IMG/VR virus record: IMGVR_UViG_3300005253_000102
Location: 1-53,846 of that record
Reading direction: 5' to 3' (one strand)
Length of the DNA stretch: 53,846 bases
From: a virus
Lineage: Duplodnaviria > Caudoviricetes
Below the pieces are notes generated by a model. That model made no database searches. It saw nothing but the letters and a program-made list of their open reading frames with translations, and had not been told where the DNA came from. The position numbers and the translations under genes are program-made. This document shows, one piece after another, positions 18,126 to 27,861 of the stretch (positions within the stretch are counted from its first letter, which is position 1; each line of letters begins with the position of its first letter).

Positions 18126-18599
18126 ATGAAAAATATGAAAATATGGGAATGTAAATGTAATTGTCACAGTTCTAATGATGAACTTATGAAGCATTGTATA
18201 CCGTGCTGTTATCCTTGTGGTAGATGCGGACGTAATGTGAAACGGGGATTTGGAGATGATCACGGTAAAAAATGTAAACCGTTACTAACTTCTGAAGAAC
18301 AATCAGTTGTTGACTCTGCAAGAGATCTTATGGAAAAGGTTATTGCACGCATAGAGACAAGTACAAAGCAATACGGTACAAACTATGTATTGGCTGATGT
18401 GATGAAAGAGACTGAAGATGAAATGTTAGACATCATTGGATGGCCGCTACTTGAAGTAATTCGGATGCGCCAACTTTTTTTGAAAAAACTTGGCCAACTC
18501 GATGGTAAGTATCTAGATAAGTTTTTGGCATTTCAAACATCTGAATACCTATCGCATCTGAAAGAAAAGATTGATGCTGAACTTGTTAAACGTCAGTAG
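18126..18599 (+). CDS. hypothetical protein, Cys-rich N-terminus and possible MazG-like helical domain
   Basis: CKCNCH..HCIPCCYPCGRC; KQYG...KETEDEMLDII. Confidence 0.5.
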   Translation: MKNMKIWECKCNCHSSNDELMKHCIPCCYPCGRCGRNVKRGFGDDHGKKCKPLLTSEEQSVVDSARDLMEKVIARIETSTKQYGTNYVLADVMKETEDEMLDIIGWPLLEVIRMRQLFLKKLGQLDGKYLDKFLAFQTSEYLSHLKEKIDAELVKRQ

Positions 18600-18635
18600 T
18601 AACCGAACTATTTTAATAGTAGGAGTAATAAAACG

Positions 18636-18983
18636 GTGACTATGTTAATGGCTAAAGACAAAAATGACAAACTATTCAAAGGGATGGGGACATTTCATGC
18701 AGTCAAAATGCTTGAAGGTATGCCTGAAGATTTAGTAGATCTATTTATGCCAAATGATGAAGATGAGTTAGCTCAATTAGAAATGAATATTGTAAAGTGG
18801 TTGGCCAGAATTAAAGAGCGTGCAAAAGTTATACAGTTGCAAAAACATTATGGATTACCTCTAAGGCCTAACCAATCTTTGAGGGATGTGTCAATTCGCT
18901 TAAAGATTTTGGAATTGAAGAAAAACCGGAAGTTTAAAAACGGTGACGGTTTCCAACCGGGTAAAGGTAATAGTGGCTTGTAA
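18636..18983 (+). CDS. hypothetical protein
   Basis: AGGAG RBS; follows the GAACTAT motif at 18605. Confidence 0.6.
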   Translation: MTMLMAKDKNDKLFKGMGTFHAVKMLEGMPEDLVDLFMPNDEDELAQLEMNIVKWLARIKERAKVIQLQKHYGLPLRPNQSLRDVSIRLKILELKKNRKFKNGDGFQPGKGNSGL

Positions 18984-19164
18984 GTATGAAAAAAGAATAG
19001 TAGTCTTTTTATCTCAAATAGCAGAATGTTGCGGGGATATACGGTGTAATGAAAGTGTTTGCGATGAATGCAAAGTACGCATTGTAAGGTGTTCTAAATT
19101 AGTAAAGCGGGGACAAATTCCTATATTATATTATGCAGAGTTAGTAAGGATGACTTTACATTGA
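18943..19164 (+). CDS. Cys-rich hypothetical protein
   Basis: 73-aa ORF filling the operon gap. Confidence 0.4.
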   Translation: MTVSNRVKVIVACKYEKRIVVFLSQIAECCGDIRCNESVCDECKVRIVRCSKLVKRGQIPILYYAELVRMTLH

Positions 19165-19165
19165 T

Positions 19166-19693
19166 ATGGATAAGTATAAAACGTCTACATTTTTAACTGG
19201 CCTCTTTTGTAAGTTTCGTTTACAGGATAAAGACATTCGAAAAGCTATATCAGAGCTTTACGGGACTTTGATAGATTCAATTCTTAAAGAGACCTCTGAA
19301 GAAAAACGCATTTTACTTTTTAGGTCGTTAATACCTGCAATCAAAAGTACTATTGAATACTTTGACCATATTAAGAAAAGTAATTTACCGGTGGACAGAG
19401 AGCTTTTTCAGGTAGTCAGTAAATTAATAATACACTGTGATCACGTTATTCAAAAGGTTGGAATTAGGGTTGATGGCACCGCTCGAGTATTTGACGATAT
19501 TATGAAACAAGTACTCATTGACGATATTACATGTGATATAGGGGATTGCATCAGTTTGTATAAAAAAACTTCTTTAGTTACTGAAAAGTCCGACGTTGTA
19601 GATAGGCTTACTGTATTATTGTCTGACTATAATGTTGTTATGCATACAAATTTAACTCCTGCAGATGTTTTAGAACCGAAAGAAGATATGTAA
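19166..19693 (+). CDS. hypothetical protein
   Basis: 175-aa ORF in the operon. Confidence 0.6.
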   Translation: MDKYKTSTFLTGLFCKFRLQDKDIRKAISELYGTLIDSILKETSEEKRILLFRSLIPAIKSTIEYFDHIKKSNLPVDRELFQVVSKLIIHCDHVIQKVGIRVDGTARVFDDIMKQVLIDDITCDIGDCISLYKKTSLVTEKSDVVDRLTVLLSDYNVVMHTNLTPADVLEPKEDM

Positions 19694-19694
19694 A

Positions 19695-19943
19695 TTGAAC
19701 TATAGTAATGACGATGGGTCTTCTTCTCCATTTAAGAAAGGAAGACTTAATGAAATTGTAAAGCCTAAACGACCTAGGCATACTAGGTCTTCGTACAAGT
19801 CAGACAAGGATGCGATTGACGCACTAGTTATAGACCTTGTACAAGTATTTGCAGATGTTGGTATAGTAATAAAGAATATACATACAATTGCGAAAGGCCT
19901 TATTAAGTTGGGGTGGGTAAAATTAAAGAAGATAGAAGGATAA
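19695..19943 (+). CDS. hypothetical protein
   Basis: 82-aa ORF directly upstream of the portal gene. Confidence 0.5.
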   Translation: MNYSNDDGSSSPFKKGRLNEIVKPKRPRHTRSSYKSDKDAIDALVIDLVQVFADVGIVIKNIHTIAKGLIKLGWVKLKKIEG

Positions 19944-19947
19944 ATTA

Positions 19948-22059
19948 ATGGGATATATACTCCCCGGCGGGCGTTTTAGTAGATACGGTGATTCTCTTAT
20001 TAATGCAGATACTCAATCTGCTATGGTTACTGTACCGCAAGTTAAACCTATCTCAGGCAGATCACTTACGGGCGCCCAAGGGCGTATTGCAGCTGCAAGA
20101 AGTGTGACCGCTACAGATATTAGTAGAACTGCTCCTACATTTAATGATCCTCGATACACATTTACCACATTAAGTATTCCTACAGATTTAAGAACATTAA
20201 ATGGTCTTTACAGATTTTTTGATGATACAGATCCATTAGTAGGCAATGCTATTAGGCTTCATTGTGAATTCCCACTTTCCCGAGTATCGCTGAAAGAAGT
20301 AGGTGATCCGGTTATTCAAAGACATTATGAAGATATGTGGGAACGTATCCAAATGGATAGCCTTCTTTTTAACATAGGCCTAGAATATTGGCGTATTGGT
20401 AATGTGTTCCCATATGGTGCATGGAATGTTGACGATATGATGTGGGAACAATTTGTGATATTGAACCCGGATTATGTTACGGTTGAAGGAACTTATCTTA
20501 ATCAACGGCCGTTTATTAAACTTCAGCCAGATGAACATTTGAAAAAGATTGTGACTACGGGTCAGCCGAAGTTTTTGTATGATCAACTCCCACCTGAAAT
20601 TGTCAAGTATGTTCGTATGGGTCAGGAGATACCTCTTTCTCCTCAAAATGTTTTTCATATTGCACATAATAAATCGCCGTATGAAACGTTGGGAAGATCT
20701 GTAATTAAGCGTATTCTTAAAAGTTTAATATATGAAGATCGTATGTCAATGGCAAATTTTGCAATTGCTACTCGACAAACAATTCCAATCACGGTAGTTA
20801 AAATTGGTGACCCTAATTCTGGTTGGGTTCCGAATGATGAAGAACTTGAAGAAGTTCGAGAATTATTATCTGCTCGTGAAGTTGATCCAAACTTTACAAT
20901 TATTTATCACTGGGGCATTGATATTCAATTTTATGGTGCGTCAGGTAAAATTTGGAATCTTACAAATGAATTCAATCGAATAATGAAATGGAAGATGTTA
21001 GGCTTAGGCATATCAGAAGCCATTTTAACTGGCGGAAGTTCGTATGCCACAGCATATGCGCAATTAGAAGTACTTAGACAGCGATACCTACATTTTCAAC
21101 AGACTATGCAAACGTTTGTGTATCGCGGCGTTTTTGAGCCAGTTGCGTATGCTTGCGGATTTTATAAAACAGAAGATGTTGTTGCGGGTAGATATTATAG
21201 CGGGAAAAAATTTGGTAATCCTACTGATGCTGATATGCCTGAAACCGATATATTGTCCAAACACGCTGCTAATTTCAATAACGAGGATAATGAAGATTAT
21301 GTAGCTCAGTTGAAAGCGAAGCACGCTGCTAATGTGTCTGGGAAAGCACTTGTGTATCCTAAACTTGATTGGGATCTGCTTTCATTATCGAATGATGTAC
21401 AATATCGTAACTTTTTAATGAATTTTGATAGGCTGTTTCCAGGACAGCGTAAAGTTTCTGACTCAACTTTTTACCAGGCTGCGAAAATTGATAAAGATGC
21501 TGAACGTGAAAAATTGGCAAAAGAACATAAAGAAAATCTTCAGGATCAATTTGATAATGCAAAGATTGACCAGGAATATAGGAAGAAGTTTGCGGACGAA
21601 GGATTACCTTTCCCTGCAGATAAAGTTGCACAGCAACAAGGAGGAGGAGCTGGTGGCGTCGGCGGAGCAGGCGGTGCTCCGGGAACATCCCCTGGTCCGG
21701 GAGGAATGGCACTTCAACCAGGACAACCTGCACCAATGGGCGGTACGGGTGGTGGTAATTTAATGGGTTCTCCAGCAACACCTAATGCTCCTGTAGGCCA
21801 AGGTAATTTTTCTGGTGATGGTGGAGGTAAAACTCCTGGAGTTCCACGAAGTCCAGAAGCTAGTAGAATGCATTCATTAGATCTTCAAAGATCCTTAACG
21901 AGATCATCGATAGAACTTGAACAAGAGCTTGCGGAAGAAGCTACACAATTGCGTAAAGCTAATGCAGATGCAGGTATTGATGTAGGAAAAATTGATGAAG
22001 AGATTAAATCTAACCTTAAATCTTACGAAAATTCGCAAGATTCAACAGATTCTGAGTAG
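19948..22059 (+). CDS. portal protein
   Basis: LYRFFDDTDPLVGNAIRLHCEFPL, EYWRIGNVFPY, ILNPDYV, VFHIAH..SPYETLGRS; Gly/Pro-rich tail; first large gene of the virion module. Confidence 0.75.
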   Translation: MGYILPGGRFSRYGDSLINADTQSAMVTVPQVKPISGRSLTGAQGRIAAARSVTATDISRTAPTFNDPRYTFTTLSIPTDLRTLNGLYRFFDDTDPLVGNAIRLHCEFPLSRVSLKEVGDPVIQRHYEDMWERIQMDSLLFNIGLEYWRIGNVFPYGAWNVDDMMWEQFVILNPDYVTVEGTYLNQRPFIKLQPDEHLKKIVTTGQPKFLYDQLPPEIVKYVRMGQEIPLSPQNVFHIAHNKSPYETLGRSVIKRILKSLIYEDRMSMANFAIATRQTIPITVVKIGDPNSGWVPNDEELEEVRELLSAREVDPNFTIIYHWGIDIQFYGASGKIWNLTNEFNRIMKWKMLGLGISEAILTGGSSYATAYAQLEVLRQRYLHFQQTMQTFVYRGVFEPVAYACGFYKTEDVVAGRYYSGKKFGNPTDADMPETDILSKHAANFNNEDNEDYVAQLKAKHAANVSGKALVYPKLDWDLLSLSNDVQYRNFLMNFDRLFPGQRKVSDSTFYQAAKIDKDAEREKLAKEHKENLQDQFDNAKIDQEYRKKFADEGLPFPADKVAQQQGGGAGGVGGAGGAPGTSPGPGGMALQPGQPAPMGGTGGGNLMGSPATPNAPVGQGNFSGDGGGKTPGVPRSPEASRMHSLDLQRSLTRSSIELEQELAEEATQLRKANADAGIDVGKIDEEIKSNLKSYENSQDSTDSE

Positions 22060-23023
22060 TAGCGCCGTTCTAAATTTCCGTAAGTACGGGGAAGATGATG
22101 TGGTGACTCCAGAATTGTTGGATAAATATAGGCAGGGTGATGCTAACGCTGCTAATGTTATTGCGAAAGAGATTCTTAAAAATATTCATGGCGCAATGAA
22201 ACATTTAGGTATCATGGAAGGTGCACCTCCGCAAGAGTGGAAAGATTTTAGAGATAAAACTGCCCTGCGTATATGGGAATATTCTGTACCACGATACGAT
22301 CCTACTCAAACAAAATTTAATACATTTGTATTCAACATGGTTGGCAATATGTGGAAGAATTGGCTGAAACAAAAATCTACTGCACCTTTAGATGTGGGAC
22401 CTAGTATTGACGAGCCTGAGCAGGAGATGGCTATAGAAGATCCTTTTGCAGCAGGTTTTAAATCTGAAGTGGAAGCACAAATTATTGAATCTGCTCTTTT
22501 AGAAAATATTAAAAACCCCCGACACCGTGAAATTTTGGAATTGTGGTTAGCTGAAGATCCTGGTGAAAATGTATTAACTAAGGCAGCTAATGTCGCAGAG
22601 ATGTACAATAAGGCTCACCCTGAAAAGCCTATTGATGCCGACCGGATGTATAGGTTAGTGATATATGAAATCTATCCGTTAGTACTCGACGCGTTACCAG
22701 AGGCTGCTAGCGGTGTTGGGTATATTAGAAATCCTAAAACGGGTCCGGGAGATATAAAATGGATACGGAAGCCTAAGCCTGAAGAGGTTACGCCTTCAGA
22801 TGAAACTGTTTTCGAAGAAGAAGAGTATACACTCTCGGAAGAAAGGGTTGCACCAACATATAGAATTGATCCTCAAACTGGTGAACGCACTTTGATAAGT
22901 TTAGATATGAGAAGAAAAATAACTGCAGTACAAGAGGTATGGTGTCACACTTTGTTGACATTTTTAAGTATAGAACGGTATGGCAAATTTAGACGAACTG
23001 TTAAAAGCAGTACAAAAAGATAA
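21992..23023 (+). CDS. divergent sigma-70-like protein (start uncertain, possibly GTG 22100/22103)
   Basis: Region-2-like RIWEYSVPRYDPTQTKFNTFVFNMVGNMWKNWLK; region-4-like NPRHREILELW. Confidence 0.6.
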   Translation: MMKRLNLTLNLTKIRKIQQILSSSAVLNFRKYGEDDVVTPELLDKYRQGDANAANVIAKEILKNIHGAMKHLGIMEGAPPQEWKDFRDKTALRIWEYSVPRYDPTQTKFNTFVFNMVGNMWKNWLKQKSTAPLDVGPSIDEPEQEMAIEDPFAAGFKSEVEAQIIESALLENIKNPRHREILELWLAEDPGENVLTKAANVAEMYNKAHPEKPIDADRMYRLVIYEIYPLVLDALPEAASGVGYIRNPKTGPGDIKWIRKPKPEEVTPSDETVFEEEEYTLSEERVAPTYRIDPQTGERTLISLDMRRKITAVQEVWCHTLLTFLSIERYGKFRRTVKSSTKR

Positions 23024-23771
23024 GAAGAAAACTTTATCTAAAGAAGAAGAAGTAAAGTTAGGGACGATTATTCAATCTCTCACATCTACAGAAACTTCTA
23101 AACAAAAAGCTATTGAGAAACTTGTTCTCAAAAATATTTTCTTAGTGCTTAAAATCTGCCATAGATATAAACGAAAAGAATTTGAATTTGAAGATTTGGT
23201 AAGCTATGGAATTTTAGGGCTTTTCACCGCGGCCCGAAAATTTGATCCCACACGTAAAAATCGATTCGCATCTTACGCACGTCATTGGATTAAAGAAGCA
23301 ATAATGAAGGCCATTCGTGAATACAGTGGCCTACCAAAGATTCCGGTATACCTGGTTAAAAATTTATGGTTGGTCGCTCGTATTTTGTCCAAAGATGATA
23401 CAATAACAGATATGGCACTGGCAAAAAGTGCAGGTATTTCTGAAAAAGATGCTGCATACTTACGTACCTTAATGTTTAAGTTTATTCAATTTGATGTATC
23501 GTATGTGGTAAAGTTCCCAGTAACTCCTGAAGACATGTATGCTTTGAAAGAACGTGATGAACTAATTTACAAAGCTTTGAGTACGCTATTAACTAAAGAT
23601 GAATTTACTGTTTTGGCGCATACCCATGAGTTATGCGGGTATACAAAAATGACGTTTGCGAAGATTGAAGATGAATTAGAAATAAAAAATCCCCGTAGAC
23701 TTAAAGTAGAAGCATTGAAAAAGTTGAGTAATAATCCAATTATGCAAGAGTTGTATAAAGAAGGATGGTAA
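22980..23771 (+). CDS. RNA polymerase sigma-70 family factor
   Basis: [16 protein letters not shown]...[39 protein letters not shown]; C-terminal ALKKL. Confidence 0.9.
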   Translation: MANLDELLKAVQKDKKKTLSKEEEVKLGTIIQSLTSTETSKQKAIEKLVLKNIFLVLKICHRYKRKEFEFEDLVSYGILGLFTAARKFDPTRKNRFASYARHWIKEAIMKAIREYSGLPKIPVYLVKNLWLVARILSKDDTITDMALAKSAGISEKDAAYLRTLMFKFIQFDVSYVVKFPVTPEDMYALKERDELIYKALSTLLTKDEFTVLAHTHELCGYTKMTFAKIEDELEIKNPRRLKVEALKKLSNNPIMQELYKEGW

Positions 23772-23772
23772 G

Positions 23773-24354
23773 ATGACCGAAAAAAGTTTTAAAGACATGT
23801 TGAATGATGCTGAAGGCGTTAAAGCGGTGCAAGTTATCTCAGTAGTAACGGGTGTAGAAAATATTAGTACACCTTGTGAAAATGCTACCATTGAAGAAGC
23901 TGAAGAAATCTGGGCAAATCTTGAGGCATCCCTCAACCCAGAGGCGGGCTTTGGGTTAACTGCGAATCAAATCGGGGTGAATAAGCGTGTTGGATTCATT
24001 CAATATGCTGGAAAAGTGTACCGATTGTTGAATACTCGAATAGTTGAGACAGGACCTACGACTGTAATTTATAACGAAGGCTGTTTGAGCTTGCCAGGTA
24101 AGACAATAAATACAGAAAGATACCATACAATTACGGTAGAAGACGAAATTCTTGGCAGAATGCAACTTACCATGGCAAAAGACGGTCTTTTACCTGTGAT
24201 TTTTCAGCATGAAATTGATCATATGGATGGAAAAACAATTCTTGACCGGAAAAGACAACCTTTTCGTAGAAGTGCGCCAAAAATCGGTAGAAATCAACCC
24301 TGTCCCTGTGGATCAGGTAAAAAACACAAGAAATGCTGCTTAAATGCTGAATAA
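23773..24354 (+). CDS. def: peptide deformylase with a C-terminal SEC-C motif
   Basis: [42 protein letters not shown]. Confidence 0.93.
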   Translation: MTEKSFKDMLNDAEGVKAVQVISVVTGVENISTPCENATIEEAEEIWANLEASLNPEAGFGLTANQIGVNKRVGFIQYAGKVYRLLNTRIVETGPTTVIYNEGCLSLPGKTINTERYHTITVEDEILGRMQLTMAKDGLLPVIFQHEIDHMDGKTILDRKRQPFRRSAPKIGRNQPCPCGSGKKHKKCCLNAE

Positions 24355-24362
24355 TCGTGTAA

Positions 24363-24692
24363 ATGGACATTACTCTTGACGAAATTCGCGTGCAAATTGC
24401 GCTGGGGACCTTTGATCCCTCGATCTACCCTGAAATTTATCATATAACTGACCGAGAAATTCTCACATTTCTCGCGTTTTGTGACGATGTTGTACTAAGG
24501 CGCGCAGTTGCATCCAATCCTAATACTCCTTTCAAAGTACATTATAAGCAATACACAGAAGATCCTGATTTTTTGGTGAGGGAATGTGCTTGGGAACATA
24601 CCCGACTGCGATATGTCCGCATGTTTTATAAGGAACCCCCAAGACCTTCTTGGCGAAAAGACATCGATCCTTACGATACTTCTTGTAAATGA
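24363..24692 (+). CDS. QxALG-tag protein with an LRV-like repeat
   Basis: TLDEIRVQIALGT...LRRAVASNPNTP. Confidence 0.7.
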   Translation: MDITLDEIRVQIALGTFDPSIYPEIYHITDREILTFLAFCDDVVLRRAVASNPNTPFKVHYKQYTEDPDFLVRECAWEHTRLRYVRMFYKEPPRPSWRKDIDPYDTSCK

Positions 24693-24854
24693 ACTATTAT
24701 ATTAGCTGAGGTGTTATTTGATTGCTTATAGTTTAATTAGGAAAGAGTTAGGATTTGTATAACAGTCTAAAAAATAGTTTTTTGAAAAGTAACAATACCT
24801 TTTCTCCCCCCCGCTTTCTAATTCGGTTATAAATAAATTACAGGACGAGCAATT

Positions 24855-25226
24855 ATGGCGAGCAAACGCGTAGCGGTTGCTAGTGGCCAACCGTTTAACA
24901 TACCGGAAAATGGCATCATAAGTAGCGTCTCGGGTTCTTGGCAATTGATAGGTGAAGTTGTAAGAGGCAGAGCGGTTAGGGTTCAAGGCGTATACTGGTC
25001 TACTGAAATTGTAGGCGCTAAATTACTTATTCGTGATATTGAAAGGCATGTAGAACGGGGGGGGGTCACGAACCAACCAGGTGTTACATGGTATGAAGCA
25101 GATTGTTTGGGTCCGGATCCAGCAATTGATCTTTTTTCGGCACACCTTACTTTATTTTTACCTTTTGAGTATTATTCGTCAGGCTCTGCTGGAGATAAAA
25201 TAGTGATTTATGGCGAGTTTGTTTAA
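24855..25226 (+). CDS. putative virion structural protein
   Basis: Beta-rich, SGS motifs, start of a late-type operon. Confidence 0.55.
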   Translation: MASKRVAVASGQPFNIPENGIISSVSGSWQLIGEVVRGRAVRVQGVYWSTEIVGAKLLIRDIERHVERGGVTNQPGVTWYEADCLGPDPAIDLFSAHLTLFLPFEYYSSGSAGDKIVIYGEFV

Positions 25227-25228
25227 TT

Positions 25229-25687
25229 ATGAGTGTTGTTAGACGTTCACCACGAACTAATTTTGGTACTCCTATATATGCAGGCCAACTTCATATTGAT
25301 AATTCAACTGCATATAGCAAAATTACGGTAAATAATAGTGGAGCTATTGTAAATGCTCCAGGATTAAGATATAGTGAGGCTGATTCTATTTGGGAATTTT
25401 CTAATGACGGTATTACGTGGGTACCAATTAGTTCAGGTGTTTCAGGAAGTGCTAATTATAAAGTTATTGAATTTCTTTCTTTGGATATACTTGCAGAAAT
25501 AGATCATACTTTACCAAATGGACAAACATATACTATGGGAGAGGGAAAGTATATGAGCATCTATTTTAATGGTCAATTATTAAGCCATGATGGTAATCGT
25601 GAATATGATTATGTAGAGATTAATAGTACTACTGTTAAATTTCATTTTGAAATTCCTGCAGGTGCTATACTTACATATATAGTGTAA
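25229..25687 (+). CDS. putative virion fibre/decoration protein
   Basis: WEFSNDGITW; C-terminal IYFNGQLL..DYVE..TVKFHF domain shared with the next gene. Confidence 0.6.
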   Translation: MSVVRRSPRTNFGTPIYAGQLHIDNSTAYSKITVNNSGAIVNAPGLRYSEADSIWEFSNDGITWVPISSGVSGSANYKVIEFLSLDILAEIDHTLPNGQTYTMGEGKYMSIYFNGQLLSHDGNREYDYVEINSTTVKFHFEIPAGAILTYIV

Positions 25688-25849
25688 ATATTTTGAATTT
25701 TTTGTAAATTTGACCTATATTAGTATAAGATAAGTTTATGTAAAGGCAATCAGTTTTGTTTGCATCTTATGCCAGTCAATTTCTGCTGTATAATCTTGTA
25801 AATTAAAGTTCATAACATATAAATTATTTAACTATGGGGTAAACCTGAT

Positions 25850-26791
25850 ATGAGTGACACATTTCGTACGCTTTTAAGGCAGGCGGAACAAATCAGTGGC
25901 AGTGCAACGTATGACGACACGTTGGGGCTGTCAGGTGCAGAAACGTATCTTGATAAAAGTTTAGAAAAAGATCTTAACTATCTTCGGTCACAAGTAAAAG
26001 TAATCACAGGTGAGACAAATTGGTATGATGCTCCTGGTGTTGATCTTGCATCTTTGGCAACCGATGAACAAGGAATGTCAGGATCATTTGCAAATATCTA
26101 TACCTTCACTGGTATGGATGACAGAAATGATACTACGCCGACTTACACGTCTCAAAACTATGTTACCAATGGTAATGATCTTGAAGCTTCAATCGGTGAT
26201 TTGGATGCTCAAGTAAAATCAAACTATGATGGTTACACAGCATTGACTCTTGACGCTGTTGTAGCAGTTGGATCTACAGTAGATGAAGCGATTACGGTTA
26301 CAGCTTCAGGTTCTACTTTTAGTGCGTTGTTAATTTATGATGACCTCCATGTTGGCGGCGATATCCTGGTTGAAGGTACCGTTGACGGTGTTGATATCGC
26401 AGGGTTTGCTTCTGTGGCCCAGACATTTACTGGTATGGATTCTGCGTCTGATTCTACACCTACTTATTCAAGCACTAACTATGTAGCGAATAGTACCAGT
26501 CTAGAAGTAGCTATTGGCGCCTTGGATGCAGCTATTTCAACCGCTGATGTCAGTAAAGAAGTAGAAAGAATATCGTCTCCAGTTACTTCAGGTTCAGCTC
26601 ATACTGTTCCAGGTAGTAACAGTCATGCTGCAGGAGATGGTTCTACTATGGATATCTACTTGAATGGTCAGCTAATACAGTCTAATACTGGAACAGAATT
26701 GAGGGATTACCTTGAGTCAGCTACAGATGAAATCAAATTCACTTTCACTGTTCCGACAAATGCTTATTTGACTTATATTATTCGTCAGTAA
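25850..26791 (+). CDS. putative virion fibre protein
   Basis: Internal repeat TFTGMD..D.TPTY.S.NYV....LE..IG.LDA (x2); C-terminal IYLNGQL domain. Confidence 0.65.
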   Translation: MSDTFRTLLRQAEQISGSATYDDTLGLSGAETYLDKSLEKDLNYLRSQVKVITGETNWYDAPGVDLASLATDEQGMSGSFANIYTFTGMDDRNDTTPTYTSQNYVTNGNDLEASIGDLDAQVKSNYDGYTALTLDAVVAVGSTVDEAITVTASGSTFSALLIYDDLHVGGDILVEGTVDGVDIAGFASVAQTFTGMDSASDSTPTYSSTNYVANSTSLEVAIGALDAAISTADVSKEVERISSPVTSGSAHTVPGSNSHAAGDGSTMDIYLNGQLIQSNTGTELRDYLESATDEIKFTFTVPTNAYLTYIIRQ

Positions 26792-26803
26792 ATTTAAGCT
26801 GCT

Positions 26804-26845
26804 AATAGAAAGAGAGTGGTGTTTTATACCCACTCTCTTTCTATT
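26804..26845 (+). terminator. intrinsic terminator-like hairpin
   Basis: AATAGAAAGAGAGTGG/CCACTCTCTTTCTATT directly after a stop codon. Confidence 0.65.
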
Positions 26846-26897
26846 TATAATCGAACTATGTTATGGTAGAACGATTATTATAATTGAAAGGAGAGTT

Positions 26898-27110
26898 GTG
26901 ATGTTAGGTGAAGTGCGTATTGAACAGGTGTGTAAAGTTTTAGAAGTTGAAGAAAAAAAGATGCACGACCAGATTGTGCATTTAAATGGTCAAATAGTAT
27001 ATAATCGAAGAATCCAAGAACTTCTCACTCAATTACTTCGTGAACTTACAGCTGAAGAAGGTAAATCCAAAACAACTAAATCCAGGGTAACAAAGAAGCC
27101 TAAAAAATAA
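26898..27110 (+). CDS. coiled-coil hypothetical protein
   Basis: AAGGAG RBS; helical heptad pattern. Confidence 0.55.
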   Translation: MMLGEVRIEQVCKVLEVEEKKMHDQIVHLNGQIVYNRRIQELLTQLLRELTAEEGKSKTTKSRVTKKPKK

Positions 27111-27845
27111 ATGAATAGTTACCGTACACGCATATTTGATGGCCAGATAGGCTTTGGATCTGGTAGTAAAATTAATGCGGATGATATTCCTGAAAGTCTT
27201 ACGCGGTTTTGGTTAACTAATGCCGCGCAAGAAATTTCTGGATCAAAGATTTTTGGTGATGATCTTGATATGAGTTTTAACAGCATCGTTAATGTTGTTG
27301 ATCCTACATTAGATCAAGATGTTGCTACTAAAAAATATGTAGATACTGTATCTGGATCAATTGGTAGTAATTTAGAATCAAATTATGCTACTAAAACTTA
27401 TGTAGATACAGTAAGTGGAAGTATAGGTCAAGACTTAAATCATCAAGTATTAGAATTATATGCTTATGTTGATACAGCAAGTGGTAGTTGTGCTCAGAGT
27501 CTTCAAAGTGTTACTAATATAGGCAATACTACTACTAACGATATTACAGCAGCTAATCTAAAATCGAATACTGATATTTATGTTAATTATGACGGCCCCG
27601 AAGGCGATTCCTACCTTTATTTTTATAATGTGGGTTCACCTGTTGGTGTGTCCATAAGTTGGAATGATTCCAGTAATAAATTTATAGCGACCCCCAAATT
27701 AGCTGCACCAAATTTAGAAGTTACCGGAGACAATAACTCTAATGATACTTCTTATGTAGCTATGGTTTTACATGGAACTGATAGTTCCCCGCCCGCAGCG
27801 TCTACTTATCCTCGAGGAACAATCTATATTCAGTACACACCTTAA
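27111..27845 (+). CDS. tail/head fibre-like protein
   Basis: IVNVVDPTLDQDVATKKYVD fibre motif and C-terminal GTIYIQY; shares repeats with 51052-53256. Confidence 0.7.
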   Translation: MNSYRTRIFDGQIGFGSGSKINADDIPESLTRFWLTNAAQEISGSKIFGDDLDMSFNSIVNVVDPTLDQDVATKKYVDTVSGSIGSNLESNYATKTYVDTVSGSIGQDLNHQVLELYAYVDTASGSCAQSLQSVTNIGNTTTNDITAANLKSNTDIYVNYDGPEGDSYLYFYNVGSPVGVSISWNDSSNKFIATPKLAAPNLEVTGDNNSNDTSYVAMVLHGTDSSPPAASTYPRGTIYIQYTP

Positions 27846-27861
27846 AATGTGGTAAATTAAA

